Assembly: GCA_051294905.1 (NCBI GenBank) | Contig: CM119371.1 | Coordinates: 6,884,001 to 6,948,000, forward strand | DNA: 64,000 bases | From: Botryllus schlosseri | Lineage: Eukaryota | Direction of reading: 5' to 3' | Notes under the pieces: model-generated | Database searches by the model: none | Told to the model about the DNA's origin: nothing | The model's input: only the letters and a program-made list of their open reading frames with translations | Made by a program: the position numbers and the translations under genes | Shown: positions 37,726 through 51,775 of the stretch, piece after piece | Layout of the letters: each line of letters begins with the position of its first letter | How positions within the stretch are numbered: position 1 is the stretch's first letter

Positions 37726-40700
37726 GCCTAGCAGTTCATATCAAATCATAGTTCGTTCTCATGAGCACGAGAATGGTCAGTGTATGTATCGCAAGCTTGG
37801 CTCGTTTCAGACCATACAGTTCTTCTGTAAACTTTACAGTAAACCGGAAATTAGAATGGAACATTTCACAGATTACATCAGATTACTGGCATTTCCTCAA
37901 ATTAGTCGAATAAGGCAATTAAAACTATCCAGTTATCCAAGTCTGTCAGGACCGTATAAGCCTTTTTGGGTCAATTGTTTGATTTGGCGGTCCGACTTGG
38001 ATTGTTACTTGGGGCCTGCAGTGCGCTTCGCCCGGTCACTAGATGTCGACAAAGTGAAGGAGGCGCTTTTCGTAACGACTTCTCCCTCGACAAATTTGAA
38101 ATTTTTTCGGTGTCTGATTCCGTCGTCGTGACAACTTGCGACACAGGTAGGGGGTCTGGGGTTTGAATTTGATGAATTCTTCGTTTGATTGAACCGCCAC
38201 ATTCTTACTCGCTTTGAAACGTCACACAGGACTTGGCCGGTTCACGTCCTCCTCGATCTGCAAAAAATGGAAGGGGGTCAAGTCAATAGTAGCATCGGAA
38301 TCACGGGATCAACTCTATTGAAATCACGAGATGTCGAAAAAGCATCTATCAGAGCTGTAGTAGCATTTCATTTGCTCTTAAAGCAGCGTTACAAAATCAG
38401 CGTTCGAGATTACCACATCACGATCTAACACTGGTTTTTAACGGCAGTACACGAGACATTTTCAGGAAACCGGAAGCCGATTGAATAATATAATTTTTGA
38501 TATTGCAAGCTAGGGTAGATCATGTGAAGCAATTTTGCTTCTAATTGCTAAAAATTTATGGTTTACATCAGCCGAATGACCGTTTAATACAAGATATCAG
38601 ACTGCATCAGGTGATTTTAATTGCTTGCAAACCATTTAGTCAATGGGTAGAACTATTGTTACAAACATTTTGCTATTTAGGGCTGTTGAGGTTAGTGTAA
38701 AAACAGGAAATTTGGAGAAGAAAGGTCTAACAGAGTGATCATAATCAGAAACTGCTTAAAAGACGATATTCTTGGTGCTCTCACGATTTTGAGTCGGTAT
38801 TACAATAAATGTATGTGACTTGCAAGTGTATATTTCTACATTGCTAATCTCAGGGTTGGGGAGTAAAAATCCAAATCGTGGGGTTTGAATTTTAATCCCG
38901 AAATCCCAACCCTCATGACTCTCAAAAAAACTCACCATCTTTCGTGGGACCCGCGCTTATTCTGGTATCCTATCTTGAAAGAAAGATTGCACGGATGATA
39001 GGAATCAGAACTTCTACTTTTCAGAGTTCTGTAAGTAGATTTTGTCTACATCTACAACTACCTCACCGTGATCGGTTTTTATATTCTTCCACTTCTACAG
39101 ATTTTTAGGAAAAACTAGTTGCTTGTTACAATTTGGATTTCGCAGGGGATTTTTGATGCTCGCAATCTTTTCACTAGGCCCACAATACTTTATTTTTTTA
39201 CTATTTGGAAATTTCTACTTGTACTTGAAAAGAAATTTACCACACCGCTTACCCTTTCAGTCGAGTACCAACGACGAACACTTTGACCACATCTGCTCCT
39301 GAAACAGCGATGTAGAATCGCCGCCAAACCCAACCTTCACCCACCTTTTTAAATCGGGATCAATCGACTTTTCCTGTAGTCGTTCGGACCAAGGGTGGGA
39401 CCTGGGCCTCATTCTGCCGGATCACTCCCGGTGCTGGGTGGGTGGGTCCTTTGACCAATTGGGCTCCATGCCGGAAATCCATCCTGAACGAGGGCGACGC
39501 TGGAATGAAAGAGGTTGTTTTTTTGGCAGCACGAAGCAAAATGCGACACTGACTCGATTACAATCATAATTGTAAATACAAGGTGTCTTCAAAATTAGAT
39601 TATAAGTAAAATGATAGGTACATTATATTTCCGAATGAGGTTAGAATCAGAATTACAGCTAGCAGACTTTACCTCAGTCCGAATTTACTGGAAAACAGTG
39701 CACAATATTTTTTGCATGATTTCTTTGTCAAATCAGAATGAGTAAATGCTGGATGTATGCGTAGGTAGGGTGTAAATATCTGGTGTGCCAATGCGAAGGA
39801 TAGCAACATCTTACAAGAAATGACATTATGGTATCGAAGTCCATTCGATTTCAATTGATTCATTTCACACTGATATTGTGATCATTGTGGACAGAATGTT
39901 TGCAATATCTTACACCGTTGCCAATTCTGAACATGTTACAAAATTACACAGAAACTCACCTGTAATCATCACGATCTCTCGAAATCTTGATACAGACATC
40001 TTGTCTTTTGGAAGGAGATAAAGCCTGAAACAAAATCTCATTATTATGCATCAGGAAGGATAAGACTAGCACTGCTACTTGAATGTGACTCGAACAAAAA
40101 CAGTGAAGCTATTGAACAGTTTTCCACCATTGACCTCTAACTGCATAGAGCCATAGAATGCGAAAAATGCTCCCTTCTTGGGTAGAAAATCTGTTACTGT
40201 GCGCAGGGTGTGTTTCGCCTTGATTTACTCATTCATCTTTATGGCATCACAGAGCCGTCGTCGTGCGTGTTAAAACCATTATTACACATTCCCCAGTGCT
40301 CAATGTCCGACGTCGATGTATTTTTCCGTAACGCAAAAGAGGTCAACCACAATCGCCTCTAACGAATACAGATCAGTGCATGAATGCAAGCTTTTAAACG
40401 GGTTCTCAAGGAAAATGTGCAGTAAACGCGAGGATAACCCTTAGTTCAAGGACTCGTCAATTAGCAGGTAGCCGTTGGACAGATTCGTTTACTACAATGC
40501 GCTGGATCAAGTTTGGTGACCTAGGGGATTTGAGATGTGACATCTGACATTTTTGGGGCGGTATACGTAGGCCTATAGCAGTTTATCGTCGGGAGGTAGC
40601 CTACTTTGGAAATTAAATGGAGCAACTTAGTGACCAACGGGAAATAAATAATGACAATAGAAATACATCAAATTTTCAAAAATATATTTAGTTATCGCGA

Positions 40701-41967
40701 GCCGTGTGGTATTTCAGCCATTTTTCTAATGTTTCATTCATGAAAAAGATATAGAAGATATAAATTCAATGTGTAAAAAGTAAGCAGTTTCCAGTTTCAC
40801 CTAAAAACTTATAATAAAAGCTGAAGTACCGTAACCAAAAATATAACCACTCGAGTACGTCGTAAAAGCAGGTAAAACCAACTTGAGTATTCTGAAAAGC
40901 AGAGGAACTTCCTTGTCGATCACCTCTGGATATGAGCTGGTAATTGTGATGTGAATAGAATACCCGACGTCCATCCTGATTGTGGGTTGGAAATACGCGA
41001 CCCGATAACACTCCCTTGAATCTGATCCAATGAAAATGTTTGCCTGTTACGAGAAGGAAAGGATAGACCGGGTTAGAATCGGTTTAAATTCTAATTTCAC
41101 AGACAGAAATACGATCGTTACTAGAGGTCGAGTCAAGTTTATTGTTGATAATTTTATCATTTCAGAACATCCCAAAATAGCTTCGATGGCAAATAATCTA
41201 ATCCAAAATCATTGATTTTGCGAAAAGATAAATCCAGAATTGCTCACTTTTATCTCCCGCATAGAATTATCACGCGTTGATGCATGTCAGAATCCAACTG
41301 ATTGAGATCGGCTGAGATTATCATGTAAACTGCTTTTATCACCGAAGCCATCTTATAGCAGACGACTACACCATTAAATTATATAATATAATATATAAAT
41401 ATGAATATGATGATCGTCTGATTGCAATCCACTATAACAAAATAAAGAGTGGTTATGAAAAGTAAAATCAATGAGTCTATATACAACACAGATTGCTCAA
41501 ACCTGACTATCATACCAGAAGATGTGGTAGGCCTATATGAGGAGTTGCCGATAGTCGCCTCATATAAACACAATCGAGTAGGATAGGCATATAAACTTGT
41601 AACTAGTAACCTAAGCTCTATTTCGAACACATATTGTTGTAAGTATACCTTTTGAAGAGTGAATAACTTGAGTAAATATCTTATGTGCCCCAAGATGGAA
41701 GAGATCATTCACACACATTCGAAATTTTAGTGCATTGAGTCATTGAATGCCGCGGGTTATTTCATACAGAATAATGGGAAGTGAAAAATTTAAAGGCCCT
41801 ACAGTAATCAGTAGCTTCCCCGCTCCTGATATTGGCCATATAAATATTTTGGAATGAATTGCACAAGTTATCAAAATCATCGACCATATCTATATTGAAT
41901 AAGCAACTAAGTATATATGATGGGCTGTATCAACTAGAATTGCCGGCAGTATTATTATACACTGTGG

Positions 41968-42851
41968 CAGTGTTGGGATCAAGTCACAACCTTCGAGTCA
42001 CGAGTGATTTCGAGTCCTTGCAGATTTTGACTGGAGTCAAGTCAAGTCAAGTCACTCGTTTTTTGGAGGTGACTCGAGTCAAGTCGAGTCAAGTCAAGTC
42101 AAGTCACGAGTCAAGTCACGATTCGAGTCAAATTGAATTTTCGAAGTATGAATGATGATGCAAAGTCACTACATTTTGCTAACTGGTGAAAGACAGAATA
42201 ATTGGCCTTTGGCCATTTAATTAGATAGAATCTAATAACAAATATAAAGACAAATATACATGCAAAAGGTGTTGTATCGCTCACGATGCTCATAAAATAT
42301 GTGAGTAACTGTGTATACCTACATGTTACAGTCTGTTATTACCAACCACAATAGAGAATCGAATACGAAGCCTCGACAAGTTGAAACAAATTGATATGGT
42401 ACAGTAGGCTACACTACACAACCGCGAGAGTATACACATAATATTTGTTATTTCGATTTAAATTATTCTTAAAGGTTTGTAAAAGTGAGCACTGAGTAAA
42501 CATGCACTGAGCCGTCTAAGAAAAAAGATACGTTGCTATTAGATTAATCTACTACTATACTACGACAACGTAAGCTGTGATCGTGTCGTTTGCGGTCAGT
42601 AAAGTAAATCAGCGAATGACTGATTGCCCTCACATGGGACATCTTCGTATCGCGAAAAATCCGAACATATATATAATGAGGTGATTTAATCTACACCGTT
42701 GACTTGAAATTGACTCGTTGATTTTGCTCCGAGTCACGAGTCAATTGGCATTTTTGAAGCGCCGAGTCAAGTCAAGTCAAGTCATTTTTTCAAAGTGACT
42801 CGAGTCAAGTCAAGTCATACGAAAAAGTTGACTCGAGTCATCCCAATACTG
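41968..42851. mobile_element. hAT-type MITE with (caagt)n/GAGTC subterminal repeats
   Basis: TIR CAGTGTTGGGAT / ATCCCAATACTG. No TSD. A lone right end of the same family lies at ~59575-59708. Confidence 0.8.
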
Positions 42852-44169
42852 CCATTAAATGACACGTTATCCAATATCGTGATCTTCTGATTGCAATCCA
42901 CTATAACAAAATCACGAGTGGTTATAAAAGTAAATCAATGAATCTATATACAATAGGTTGCTCAAGCCTGGCCATCGTATCAGAAGATGTGGTAGATAAC
43001 GAGTTGCCGATAGTCGTCTCATATAAACATAATCGAAATGGTTAGTGTGAGTATGCGAGAAAATCCGGTATCTTAATCATAGATAGCGAAAAAATGACAC
43101 CTTTTTATTAGGCTCACCCAAATTCATCAAAAACAATGAAAATAAAAAGATAAACTAAAATTTCATCCGATTTTATTTCGTGCTTAATCATTGTTAACGC
43201 ACGATTCTCATAAAATAAGAGAGGCATATAAACTTGTAGCTTGAAACCTAAGCTCTATTTGGAAGTGCCTACTGTTGTGAGTATTCCTTTTGAAGAGCGA
43301 ATAGTTTGAGCCAATATCATGTGCGGCTCAACAAGGAAGAGATCATCCACACTGATTTGACTTTTTCGCGAGCCACTGAGTGCTGCTAGTTTTTTCATAT
43401 TGAATTATGTGAAGTGTACGACTTATGAGGCCGACAGTAATCAGTAGGTTCCCAACTCCTGATATTGGCCATATAAACCGTTGTGGAATGAATTTTCCAA
43501 GTCATTAAAATCATCGATCATATTTAGCCTATATTGAGTAAGGAACTACTGTAAATATGTGATGGGCTGTATCAACTAAAACTGCCGACAGTAATCACGG
43601 TATTATGCACTTTTGTATATTTCCACAAAATTACAAGTTACTATTGCTATGACATTCATCAAATGGCACAAATCTACCAAAAGTAGGTTCCACAATCCAC
43701 ATGCCCAAATTTCAAAAACTCGACTAACAAAGTTTTGAAACAAAAAATGCACAATCTTCAAGGCAATTATGATGGATTCAAAATGAAATGAATCAAAAAT
43801 TGTAATCGTGAGCGACTTCATTTTTTTATTCATGTCTCAGTTGCAGACTTGTACAAACTACTAATCTAGTTACTTAGTTGATGGTCAAGAGTAGTTCTAG
43901 TTGCAAATTTTGTAAGCGAGTAGTTTGGCGTGAATAGTGATACTGGTGTTCTGTTGTGTGACGTTCTTGCAGCTAATGCTAGCTTGGAGTCAACACTACT
44001 AACAATGGCGTAGCCAGGGATTGGGTTTAGGGGGTTGAGATTTCTCCATTTGAACTCCAAATCCCGTTCTTTTTAAACTCAGAGTAATTTGCATTATAAG
44101 TACCCTACTGCACTTGCTTCAGACCTGAGAATCCATTAATTTGCACAAGTTTGCTGAGTTAAGTGCAAT

Positions 44170-45801
44170 CTATCTCTTCACATATGCGGATTTGTAAATT
44201 CGACAACACTTATCAACTTTTGGCTTCACTACAGTCCATTTATCTTGCGATATATCATAATTTTCAATTGCATTAGGGGTTCCTCCATCTGTTACTGCAA
44301 GAATGCACTTGCCAATGTGATAAGCACAAACTCGACCATGACAAGCATTCATAGAAGATAATGAAGTCCATTGAGCTGAAGTAACATCGTAACATTCTAC
44401 GCTGTTGACTTTCTTTCTTCCTCCCCTCATCCCACCGATCACAAATATCTTTTGTTCAACTGCAACAACACCACTGTCAGATACAGCATAACTCATTGGG
44501 TCGAGATCAACCCACTCTGATGAGGATGGAGTGAATCTGCAGAATGATGAAACTATGACTTCATCTTGCCCTATACCTCCGATACAATAGATGGAATCAT
44601 TCAATGATACAAGACTTGTGAAACGAATCGCGGCAGGTTTGTCTTCTAGTTGAATCCATTGATTCAAGGGTGGGGTGAATACCTCCACCACACTTGTTGC
44701 TTTAGGAAAACTTCCTCCAATAACAAATAGCAATCCTGACGAAGAAACTACACGAGGATAGGTTCCATGCTCACAATTCATATCTTTCTTCCTTTCCCAT
44801 TTTGAATTTTTGGTCTGAAAATTGAGCCGATGAACTGATTTATTCCCACATAAAACGTAGATATACGAGTCTAGAGAAATCGCCGAGAAATGTGCTAAAT
44901 TTTTAAACTTCTCATCATGAAACTTCTCTACTTTCTTAGTTACTGGATTGAAGGATTTGATACAATTTGCTTCATCATCAAAAAGAATTATTAATTCATC
45001 TTTGCCGATCTCTTCGTTTGTTTTCTGTGATGCTTTTGAAGCCTTCAAAAGATGTCCAGTGATCAACTTGTACAGTCCTAAGTCGTTACTGATGACTAGG
45101 TTTGTTTCCAAAACGCGTTCTAAAAATGCCGGAGAGACTTCATCAAACTTGATTGCTTCAAGAAATTCGCACAAATGTTCCTGATTTTTGCGATTTTTTT
45201 CAACCCAATTGAACAATAAGGTTAGTTTTTCTTCTTCGCATAACTTAAATTTTTCTGACTTCACAAAATTGAGGATGCTAGTTTTTTCAACGATTCCAAA
45301 TTCTGGTTGGTTGGATATTTTCACGATATTTTCAAGAAAAAATGCTCTACATCGCGTAGAGACGGCATCCAGTCCATACATATCGGCAACATTTCTTGTG
45401 GAAAAGTAATTCTCTACATTAAGTGATCCCTCCAAAACGTCAGATACTGCCTGCTTCACGTCTTCCAACTGCATCATTATTGCGACATGAATAAGATCAT
45501 TCATCTTTTCATCAGGAATCTCAAATTTGCCCGAATATATGAAATCGATGCAGCTTTTCACACACATAGAATCGACCCCTTTCAAAACAACTTTTCCTTC
45601 ACGACTCTCTTTTGTATCGTGCTTTAACATAGCTTTGAAATAATCACAACCAGCCGACAATACATTTCTGTGAGTGTGATAGACGTCATCTCCCACTTGA
45701 ATTATGAAATCACAATGATCGTTCTCTTGCTTCATTCGATGTAATTCTTCCATCATCTTCACTGAATGTTTCTCTACATTTGGACATACAATCTGCACCA
45801 T
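44170..45801 (-). CDS. BTB-BACK-Kelch copy 4, intact, intronless, 543 aa
   Basis: Uninterrupted ORF paralogous to copy 1. The ATG (MVQIVC) is 9 nt inside the TTG start used by the ORF track. Confidence 0.95.
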   Translation of the reverse strand: MVQIVCPNVEKHSVKMMEELHRMKQENDHCDFIIQVGDDVYHTHRNVLSAGCDYFKAMLKHDTKESREGKVVLKGVDSMCVKSCIDFIYSGKFEIPDEKMNDLIHVAIMMQLEDVKQAVSDVLEGSLNVENYFSTRNVADMYGLDAVSTRCRAFFLENIVKISNQPEFGIVEKTSILNFVKSEKFKLCEEEKLTLLFNWVEKNRKNQEHLCEFLEAIKFDEVSPAFLERVLETNLVISNDLGLYKLITGHLLKASKASQKTNEEIGKDELIILFDDEANCIKSFNPVTKKVEKFHDEKFKNLAHFSAISLDSYIYVLCGNKSVHRLNFQTKNSKWERKKDMNCEHGTYPRVVSSSGLLFVIGGSFPKATSVVEVFTPPLNQWIQLEDKPAAIRFTSLVSLNDSIYCIGGIGQDEVIVSSFCRFTPSSSEWVDLDPMSYAVSDSGVVAVEQKIFVIGGMRGGRKKVNSVECYDVTSAQWTSLSSMNACHGRVCAYHIGKCILAVTDGGTPNAIENYDISQDKWTVVKPKVDKCCRIYKSAYVKR

Positions 45802-46259
45802 GATTGTCAATCATCCACAATAGGCTGTACAGAATGATGCTATGATTATTATGATATAGTCAAGCACTGTTTTTGAAGCAAAGATGATTAGTAGGGCGAT
45901 TTTTTTTACTTCAAAAAGTCAAATTTTTTTTTGACCCCTGCATTTCGTTTGTATCGTACATTTTGCACTGTCGGTGAAGTTATCATTTGATATTTTATAG
46001 CTTGTTGCCTATTTTATAGGCCTACCGTTGCAGACGGCACATTGTCTGCTGATTGTGAATCATAAATGGTTTCAAGCCAACACACTCTCACTACTAATAA
46101 GCATTGGTCAGAAACGAAATTTAGCAAGTAATTTTGGGACGCCAACTCCATTAAGCGAAAAATTAGCCAAACTATGACTCATCAGTCCACAGCCATGGTT
46201 GCAGGGAACAGATAAGACAAAGTCAGAGATACATTGAATTTCAAATGTAACCTGAACAC

Positions 46260-46886
46260 TAGGGATGTTAAAAAAAAACTTTTTTTTTTTCAAATTCTAT
46301 CGGCTTAGTTGTCAAATCGCCAGGTTACTTAAAAAATGTTGCACACCAAATTTGACTCAATTCCAACCAGTAGAAGCCGAGGTCAGTCAAATTGAAATTT
46401 CGGTCATTTTTGAAATAACAGCAGAAATATATTTACCCGTATTTTACGTGCTTAATATTAGTTCATTTCCTTTTCATGGTCGTTAATTTCAGTGTATACA
46501 GTACTCTATTTGAAAATGATATCAACGTCGTTTTAATGTGTCTATTTCAAAGAAGTGGACTAATTTCCAGCTAATCCACGTCATGTCTTTTTTTCGTTTA
46601 TTGGCGATGTTTTCATCCAAACCCCACCATAGGACCTTGTCAAGATCAAAACAAGTGGGAAAGACATCCCTGCCTCTTCAGGCATACCTGGAACACGATT
46701 TTTGGTCTTGTCGGTGTGACGAAATTGGTCGCAGTAAATACTATTATTTCAAAAATGGCCGAAATTTCAATTTGACCGACCTCGGCTTCCACTGGTTGGA
46801 ATTTGGTGTGCAACGTTTTTTTCGGTAACCTGGCGATTTGACAACTAAGTCGATGAAGTTTGTAATTTTTTTTTCGAACACCCCTA
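46260..46886. mobile_element. MITE-like element with ~160-bp inverted ends; duplicate starts at ~63679 and is cut by the window end
   Basis: 46292-46418 is the reverse complement of ~46744-46862. Ends TAGGGATGTT / AACACCCCTA. No clear 8-bp TSD. Related older pieces at ~21670-22150 and ~47720-48140. Confidence 0.7.
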
Positions 46887-48747
46887 AAGTGCAACCTAAA
46901 TGACATATTTTTCCAAGTCAAGAAAGAGACCATATATTTGCTTTGGCAATAGTCATGGTTAACAAATCTGCAAAAAGCAGTAGTTATTGTCCTTTTCATA
47001 GCCGTGGCCCAATTTCCACCACTTGACCTCACTTCTCGAAGCAGCGGCAATGCGGCAGGTTTAGGCCCAGCAGTTCATATCAAACCATAGATCGTTCACA
47101 TGAGCACGAGAATGGTAAATGTATATATCGCAAGCTTGGCTCGTTTCGAACTATACAGTTCTTCTTCAACAAAATCTGTCCAGTTGACCAAGCCTGCCTG
47201 GACGGTATCTGCCATTTCGGGTCAATTGTTTGATTTGGGGGTCCGACTTGGATTGTTACTTAGGGCCTGCAGTGCGCTTCGTCGTGACAACCTGTGACCA
47301 AGGGAGGGGGTCTTGCGTTTGAATTTTGCAAACTCTTCGTTCGAATGAGGCGCCGCATATTTACTCGGTTTGGAACGTCGCGCAGGACCGGGCCGGTACA
47401 CGTCCTCCTTGATCTGCAAAAATAGAAGGGGGTCAGTCAATATTAGCATTGAAATCCCGGGATTTTAAGGTTTATTTCAGATAGCGATTCCGGGATCAAC
47501 TCTATTGAAATCCCGGGATTACAAAAAGCATCTACGAGACCTGACACTACTTCCGCTTACATCATCATGACCTAGCATTCCGAGCAAAAAATTTTCCGGA
47601 TGTTCAAAATATGCATTTCAGATTTCGTTGTAGCACAGATTGTGCAAGGTTATGAATTCGTATATCAGGAAACTTTTTATTTGCGAATTCCGGGGATTCA
47701 CTGAATAAATTAAAAAGTATGCCTAAAAAAAGGCTGCACACCAAATTTAGCTCAATTCCAACCAGCCAAAGCCACGGCAAAGCAAATTTAAGTTTTTTTT
47801 TTCCAGTTTTTTTTAGGTTTTAATGTCAACCCAAGGAAATTGTTGAGTTGCTTAAAAGAGCGATGCATAACAATTTTTGCTCACTGCCAACCCGTAGAAG
47901 CGGAATTTTTGCAGTTGAAAGTTCTAGATTTGCAAAAATAGCATTTATGGTGGGTAATTCCAGAATCATTGATGAAAAACTCAATTACCTTCGCTTCTAC
48001 GGGTTGGAATTGCAATGAATTTCTTTTGCATCGTATTTGTAGACAACTTAACAACGTCATGGGGTTGACAGTGGAATTTTCGTCGGCTTCTACTTGTAGG
48101 AATTGAGCCCAATTTTGTGTGCAGAGTTTTTTTATGCAACCTAACATTTTAATCGCTGCATCCTCAGGATACGGAAACAGGTTATTTTTGGACCGCCCTA
48201 AAGCATGCAATCGCAGATAGCTATTTTTTATGACTATTCCGCGACAACTTATAGACTTCAACCCCTTCGAATTTACTGGCAATCAGTGAGCCAGATTTAT
48301 TGCCTGATGTCTTTGTCATCTCGGAATGATAAATGCTGAATGTACGATTCTGTAGGCTGTAAGCATATGGTACGCTGACGGTAAGGAAGATAACATGTAG
48401 ATATGAAAATCCATGGGATTCCAATTGATTCATTTAAAACTGACATTGTCTACATAGCGGACAGAACGTTTGCTATGTATTTCTACATTGTCACCAATTC
48501 TGGATATGTTATAAAATTGCACAGAAACTCACCTGTAGTCAACACGATTCCTGGAAATCTTGATATCGAGATCTTGTCTTTTCGCAGGTGACAAAGCCTG
48601 AAGAAAATCTCATAATTACAGAGCCGAAAAAATATACTTGAACGGTAAATTTAAACAGTGGTTCCACCAGCCACCTCGTACTGTATAGAGCAAAAAAATG
48701 GCACAAAACGCTGTCATTTGGCGTAGAAAATATGTTAGAGTCCAGAG

Positions 48748-50087
48748 CAGTGGTCGGGAACCTATGTCTCGCGAGCCATATATGGCTCTTTGCCAAATAT
48801 TCATTTTTGTCCTGAATTGATCAATATTGCAGCGACTTGTTGGTAAATTTTCGTCACGGCCAGAATAATTATTCTCATGGCCCAGTACAAGTACAGTATG
48901 ACTATGAGAGGTAAAGACAATGCCGTCTTCAGGTTTGGGGCTCGGACCCCTCTTTCGAAAATCCTCAAATTTAAGGTACTGTCGCGCCGGCGACCAATAT
49001 CACTCGCGAATTCTATGTACCCGACCCGAAATCTTGAATTGAACGATACGTTGATTGATCAAATAGCATAGCAGACATGGCGACGCCCATATCACAACGT
49101 AGTTTTCAAATACACATTATCTACGTCACGAAATTAACTGCCGTGGACGTGACATTCACAATTACGAACTCGAATTACAAACAACGCCATAACTATCCAC
49201 GTTCATGATTGGTAAGTCACTCTGTAGCACCAGCGAATACTTTCAGAATTGAGTGGTCGATCAGTATTTAGCTTATCGGAATCAGTGTGACAGTAATAGG
49301 CTATTCGATTAGTATATGGTATGATAAATTCTAAGCCATGTACGATGGATTGCGTTATCAATAGTGAGGCTTGGCCCGTCTGTGCCTTACCTTTCGTTTC
49401 AAGCATTATGTTCACACGATGAAAACTTCATTTCTGAGAAAATTCGGCGCACTCGACGAATCACATGTAGTGACTTAAAATTAGTGTAACTATGATGTCA
49501 CGAATAGGGCTGGGCAAAATCGAGTACCTGAGTGATTCGATTCTGAATCACGTAATATGCTTCGAGTCGAGTAATCGATTATCACTCATTATGACGTCAT
49601 AACAGAAGGTAATATGTGAAAGTTCAAATATGTACTTTTTATGCTACCACAATGAATATATTGCCTGTTATCTATCACATTAAAGATACTTTGGTATGTT
49701 TTCGACCATACCGATTTCATTGGACTTAGTGACAGTGCTGTGGGATGATCATGACTTCGGAAATGTGCTATTTCTAGTACCGTTCGTAGCTATGTACTAT
49801 ATGCTTCGTATGCAACGATACATCCAATCAAGGTTTCAAGGCTTCATCAGTGAAAATTACTGTCGAAACTATTATTATCGTTGATAAATTGAATTCCAGT
49901 GGCGAGTAGCGTATAATTTCAGGCACTCGAAAAAATCGTCTTTTAATACTCAACTGGAATCATTGTTCCCAGCCCTAGTCACGAATTTTCAATCGTGACG
50001 TAACAGCTGATTTGTGTGTGTGGAGTTAAACTGGAGAAAAATATCTCCAATAGGGCTCTTCGGACAAAAAAAAGTTCCCGACCACTG
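48748..50087. mobile_element. Non-autonomous hAT element carrying a nested MITE
   Basis: 14-bp TIR CAGTGGTCGGGAAC / GTTCCCGACCACTG. Flanks gtccagag / gtccacgg. Empty site at ~22758 in a paralogous spacer. Confidence 0.82.
49505..49977. mobile_element. hAT (Ac-like TAGGGCTGGG TIR) MITE nested in 48748-50087
   Basis: TIR TAGGGCTGGG / CCCAGCCCTA. TSD gtcacgaa (49497-49504, 49978-49985). Related copies at ~24163-24614 and ~12843-13130. Confidence 0.88.
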
Positions 50088-51338
50088 GTCCACGGGGAAA
50101 CGATTCACTTTGGTTAATTCATTCCATCTTTACGACATTACAGAGACGTCACAGTGTCCATTTATACAATTTAGGAAGATTCGATTGTCCAATAAACTAC
50201 GGCCTGTGCCCAATGTCACGCCAACGATGAAAATAACCATCTCATAAAAGAGTTCCACCACAATCGCTGCTAATGAATACAGAGGCGTGCAGTGTGCACA
50301 AACGAATGCTTGGCAGCGGGATTTCAAGACCATGCAGTACATGTGAGGGTAGCTATTAGCAGTCACGTAAGGTTCATTCAGTCCCTACACACCGGGGTAA
50401 TACCTTCAGCATTGCCCCCAAATTAAAAACTGATAACATTACTTCAGTAATCAATTCTTAAATACTTATGTAGGTTCGAATAGAATGTCGCTGTCCACCC
50501 TAGTTTAGTTTGAACACAGCCTGATAAAACTCAAAACTCACCTTGAATGATATTTGGTAAACTTGCTTGAAAGTTGCAACCTGCTTCACTGAGATCAAAA
50601 GCAAATCCTTGCCTGTGATGATGATAAAGAAATAATACATCGGGTTAAAAAAGGATTCAAAACTAGAACTTTACAGTCACCTAATGTGTAGAGTATAATG
50701 TGAATAATGGAATCATTTTGAAACACCGCACCATAGCCTTGATGGCGTATAACCGAATCCGAGATCATTGATTTCACAAAAAAATGAATGCAGAATTACT
50801 CACTTTTAACTCCCGGACAGAATTGCTAGACATTGATGCATTACAGATTCCAACTGATTGATAACGGTTGAGATTGTCATGCAAACTTCTTTTATCACCA
50901 AAGCCATTTCCCATCGGACAACCAAACCATTAAATGATACGGTATGTTATGAATCATGATCTTCTGATTGCAATTAACTGTAACAAAATGAAGAGTGGTT
51001 ATGATAAGTAAACTCAATGAATGTACAATTGTATATGCAACACAGGTTGTTCAAGCCTGGCTAACGTACCAGCAGAAGTGGTACATAACAAGTTGCCGAT
51101 AATCGCCTCATAATAACATAATCGAAATGGTTTATTTTGAGAATGCATACAAATTTGGTATCTTGATCAGTGATAACGAAAAACGAATGACTTTCTGGAA
51201 ACAGCGTCCTCAAATTTGTAAAAAACAATAAAAAGAACAAGATAAACAAAAATTTCATCCGATTTTATTACATATGGTAGTTAAATATTGTTTATGCAAG
51301 AATCTCATAAAATAAGATGGGCATTTAAACTTGTAACC

Positions 51339-51775
51339 CAGGGTTGTAATGACTCGAATGGAACCCGACTTGAGTCACCATCAAATGCGTAAAATGACTC
51401 GACTATAGACAATTATTGTATTGACTCGACTTATTGTGCATGACTCGAACCAAGTCATATGACTCGAAACTAGGACGGCCAATACCGACATTTCATTGTA
51501 ACTGTGAAGAATAGGAAAGTCACCAAGTTTTTGGTATTTCGTCTATTAGTCTTGATACTTGCGAAATAGTGCCAAAAACTGATTGTAGTGAGAAAAATTA
51601 CAATATTGTGAATGCGAGCCATTCCATTTCACTCGGGCAGAGTTGAAGAAAGTGTTACTCGGACTCGACCCTCTACTCACTGACTTATACTCGGAATTGA
51701 CTCGGTAGTGAATTGGAAATGACTCGATTCAAAACTATAAAAGCGAGATTGACGTGTGACTTGGATGCAACCCTG
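51339..51775. mobile_element. GACTC-family MITE with both ends and no TSD
   Basis: CAGGGTTG...CAACCCTG. Left flank ttgtaacc, right flank ttgtgagt. About 40 bp present in paralogous empty sites (e.g. ~43240-43275) is missing. Confidence 0.8.

Noticed and set aside
45802..45810. MTI- N-terminal extension in copies 2, 4, 5 and 6 from the ORF track
   Set aside because: It begins at TTG and is absent in copies 1 and 3. The conserved ATG is at MVQIVC.
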